DNA from: Hemiscyllium ocellatum
Lineage: Eukaryota
Reading direction: 5' to 3'
NCBI RefSeq assembly: GCF_020745735.1
Contig: NC_083409.1
Location: 12,895,259 to 12,959,258 of the forward strand
DNA: 64,000 nt
The notes under the pieces are model-generated. The model saw only the letters and a list, made by a program, of their open reading frames with translations, had not been told where the DNA came from and made no database searches. This document shows positions 61,955 to 64,000 of this stretch, piece by piece. The position numbers and the translations under genes were made by a program. Position 1 is the first letter of the stretch, and each line of letters opens with the position of its first letter.

Positions 61955-63120
61955 GAGGACTGCAGATGCTGGAGGTCAGAGTCGGAAAGTGAGGCTCTGG
62001 AAAAGCGCAGCAGGTCAGGCAGCATCCGGGGAGTAGGAGAATCAATGTTTTGGGCAGAAGCCCTTCATCAGACATGTTGGGAAGGACGACTTGCGGAACA
62101 TTTCTGGGACACATGCACCAAACAACCCCACCACCCTGTGGCCGGACACTTCAAATCCCCCTCCAACTCTGCCAAGGACATACAAGTCCGGGGCCTCCTC
62201 CACTGCCAACTCCAAGCTACCCAAAATCTGATCAGATTAGATTAGATTCTCTACAGTATGGAAACAGGCCCTTCATCCCAACATGTCCATACCAACCCTC
62301 CGAAGAGTAACCCCACCCAGACCCTCTCCCCTACCTAATATTTACCCCTGACTAATGCACATAACACTATGACAATTTAGTATGGCCAATTCAGCTAACC
62401 TACACATTCTGATTAGATTAGGTTCCCTAGAAATTGAAAACAGGCCCTTCGACCCAACCAGTTCGTACCGATCCTCTGAAGAGTAACCCAATGAGACCCA
62501 TATCACTCTGACTAATGTACCTAACACTGCGGGCAATTTAGAACGGCCCATTCACCTGACCTGCACATCTTTGGACTATGCACCCAGAGCACCCGGAGAA
62601 AACCCGGACATGGGGAGAACGTGCAACCTCCACACAGACAGTTGCCGAGGGCTGGAATCGAACCTGGGTCCCTAGTGCTGTGAGGCAGCAGTGCTAACCA
62701 CTGAGATACTATGTCTGGAAGAAGAATGCCTCACTTTCCACCTTGGGACGCCCCAACCACACGACATCAATGTTGTTTTCACTAGTTTCGTTATCTCCCC
62801 TCCCCACCCCCCAACGAATATCCAATCCTCCAACTGGACACCACCCTCTTGAACCTTCCAAATCTATCCATCATCCATCCCACCTATCTGCTCCACCATC
62901 CCTTCTGAACTATCACTATCACCTCCCCCCCACCTGCATCTACCTATCTCCTTCCCAGCTACTTTCCTCCACCCCCTGCCCCACCTTCCTATTGATCTCT
63001 CAGCCCCATTCCACTCCCACAACCTTCACGATGAAGAGCTGATGCCCGAAACATCGATTCTCCTGTCCCTCAGATGCTGCCTGACCTGCTGTGCTTTTCC
63101 AGGGCAACACTTTTCCACTC
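61955..63120. mobile_element. Nested PLE family-1 termini (61955-62230 minus; 62730-63120 plus) and two HE1-like SINE pieces (62235-62710 minus)
   Basis: HFWDTCTKQPHHPVAGHFKSPSNSAKDIQVRGLLHCQ (GIY-YIG tail), gattagattagattctctacag SINE tails and PLE terminal motifs. Confidence 0.75.
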
Positions 63121-64000
63121 TAGCTCCTAGTAGTGTATAACCAGTGTTTAATTTGATAGTGTATTTAATTACTGTTCTCTGTATAATGGATACTGGTAAT
63201 TTCACTGTTTATTACATTTACATTTGCTCCTGTATTATACTTACCTTTTGTATTGAATAAACCCAGAGATTCCTTTGCCCTGAAACACCCATCTACTGCC
63301 CTCTTCATTTGACATTTTTATGTAAATCCAGCAGCAGAACCAGGGATCTGGGCTAGATTCAAACCATCTAAAAATCCGCAAATTACTGATCATAAACTGG
63401 ACAGGGTACCCTGATTGCACTGTAAGAGTAATTGGAGTTCTCTTGTAGTGTTGGTTCTGAAACCAAATGTTTCAATTAGATTCTGTGTAGACAGTTGGAA
63501 AGTGAATGTAGTCACAAAGATGGATTTGTACCCTATTCCCAGGCCAGGAGATTGCATTGATAGGGTAGGTAGTGTGTCATTCTTATCCAAAAGTGATTTG
63601 TTAAAAGTACCACTGACAACACGCGCAAAGGAAATTTCTGCATTTGCTGCATTCTGGATCTTTGTATACAATGGAAAACTCAAATACGTTCTAAACATTT
63701 TGGGATGACAGGGTGTAGACTGATAGCAGCACTGAAGAAAACTAGTTTTATTCACGAAATGGTTTTGGAAAATTTATGGGATTAAATTCAAATAAATCCA
63801 CAGGATCCAATAGTCTACACCTCAGATTACTTCAGGAAATGCCCAAAATGTTTGGAAACATTGATGTTCAAGATTCTATACATTCTGGGATAATCCCCAC
63901 TGACTGGAGAGTTGCTAATGTAACATCACTATTTAAAATGGAAGGGAGAGAGAAACTGGACAACTTAGACCAATCAGCCTGAAAATACTCGAGTCTATTA

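Larger units (their letters stand above)
60620..63710 (+). mobile_element. Gypsy pre-RT/RT fragment interrupted by an LTR-like composite (about 60824-63400)
   Basis: LGCTTLIEHDVEIDNSDPIKQNPFWLNPEK (60650-60810) and SNWSSLVVLVLKPNVSIRFCVDSWKVNVVTKMDLYPIPRPGDCIDRVG (63415-63700). Confidence 0.75.

Noticed and set aside
1534-62710. tRNA-like heads in several repeats
   Set aside because: They are SINE 5' ends without a complete cloverleaf, not tRNA genes.
52980-64000. Expected second V/J/C on the plus strand beyond arm B
   Set aside because: No WYQQ, YYC, FGxG or complete RSS found. The region is TE-derived.

Overview
Eukaryotic, repeat-dense DNA from a cartilaginous fish, probably a carpet or bamboo shark (inferred from the repeat families and the Ig sequence). 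The one clearly intact gene is a minus-strand, non-germline-joined immunoglobulin kappa-type (shark type III/NS4-like) light-chain cluster: promoter, leader (26056-26008), V (25822-25526) with a 12-RSS, a 419 bp spacer between the heptamers, a 23-RSS with a single J (25092-25058), a 10.6 kb intron and C (14463-14135). Most of the rest is decayed CR1 and L2 LINEs, HE1-like SINEs, three Penelope-like element (PLE) families carrying hammerhead-ribozyme-like termini, and Gypsy and retroviral remnants. Upstream of V lies an old inverted duplication (about 27.0-32.6 kb versus 47.7-53.0 kb). Its arms share a 154-bp block that is 98% identical and carries an Ets-IRF composite site. They enclose a tail-to-tail pair of apparent terminal exons of an unidentified gene ending ENNDGIFGV*. 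All alignments were made by eye and repeat boundaries are approximate.
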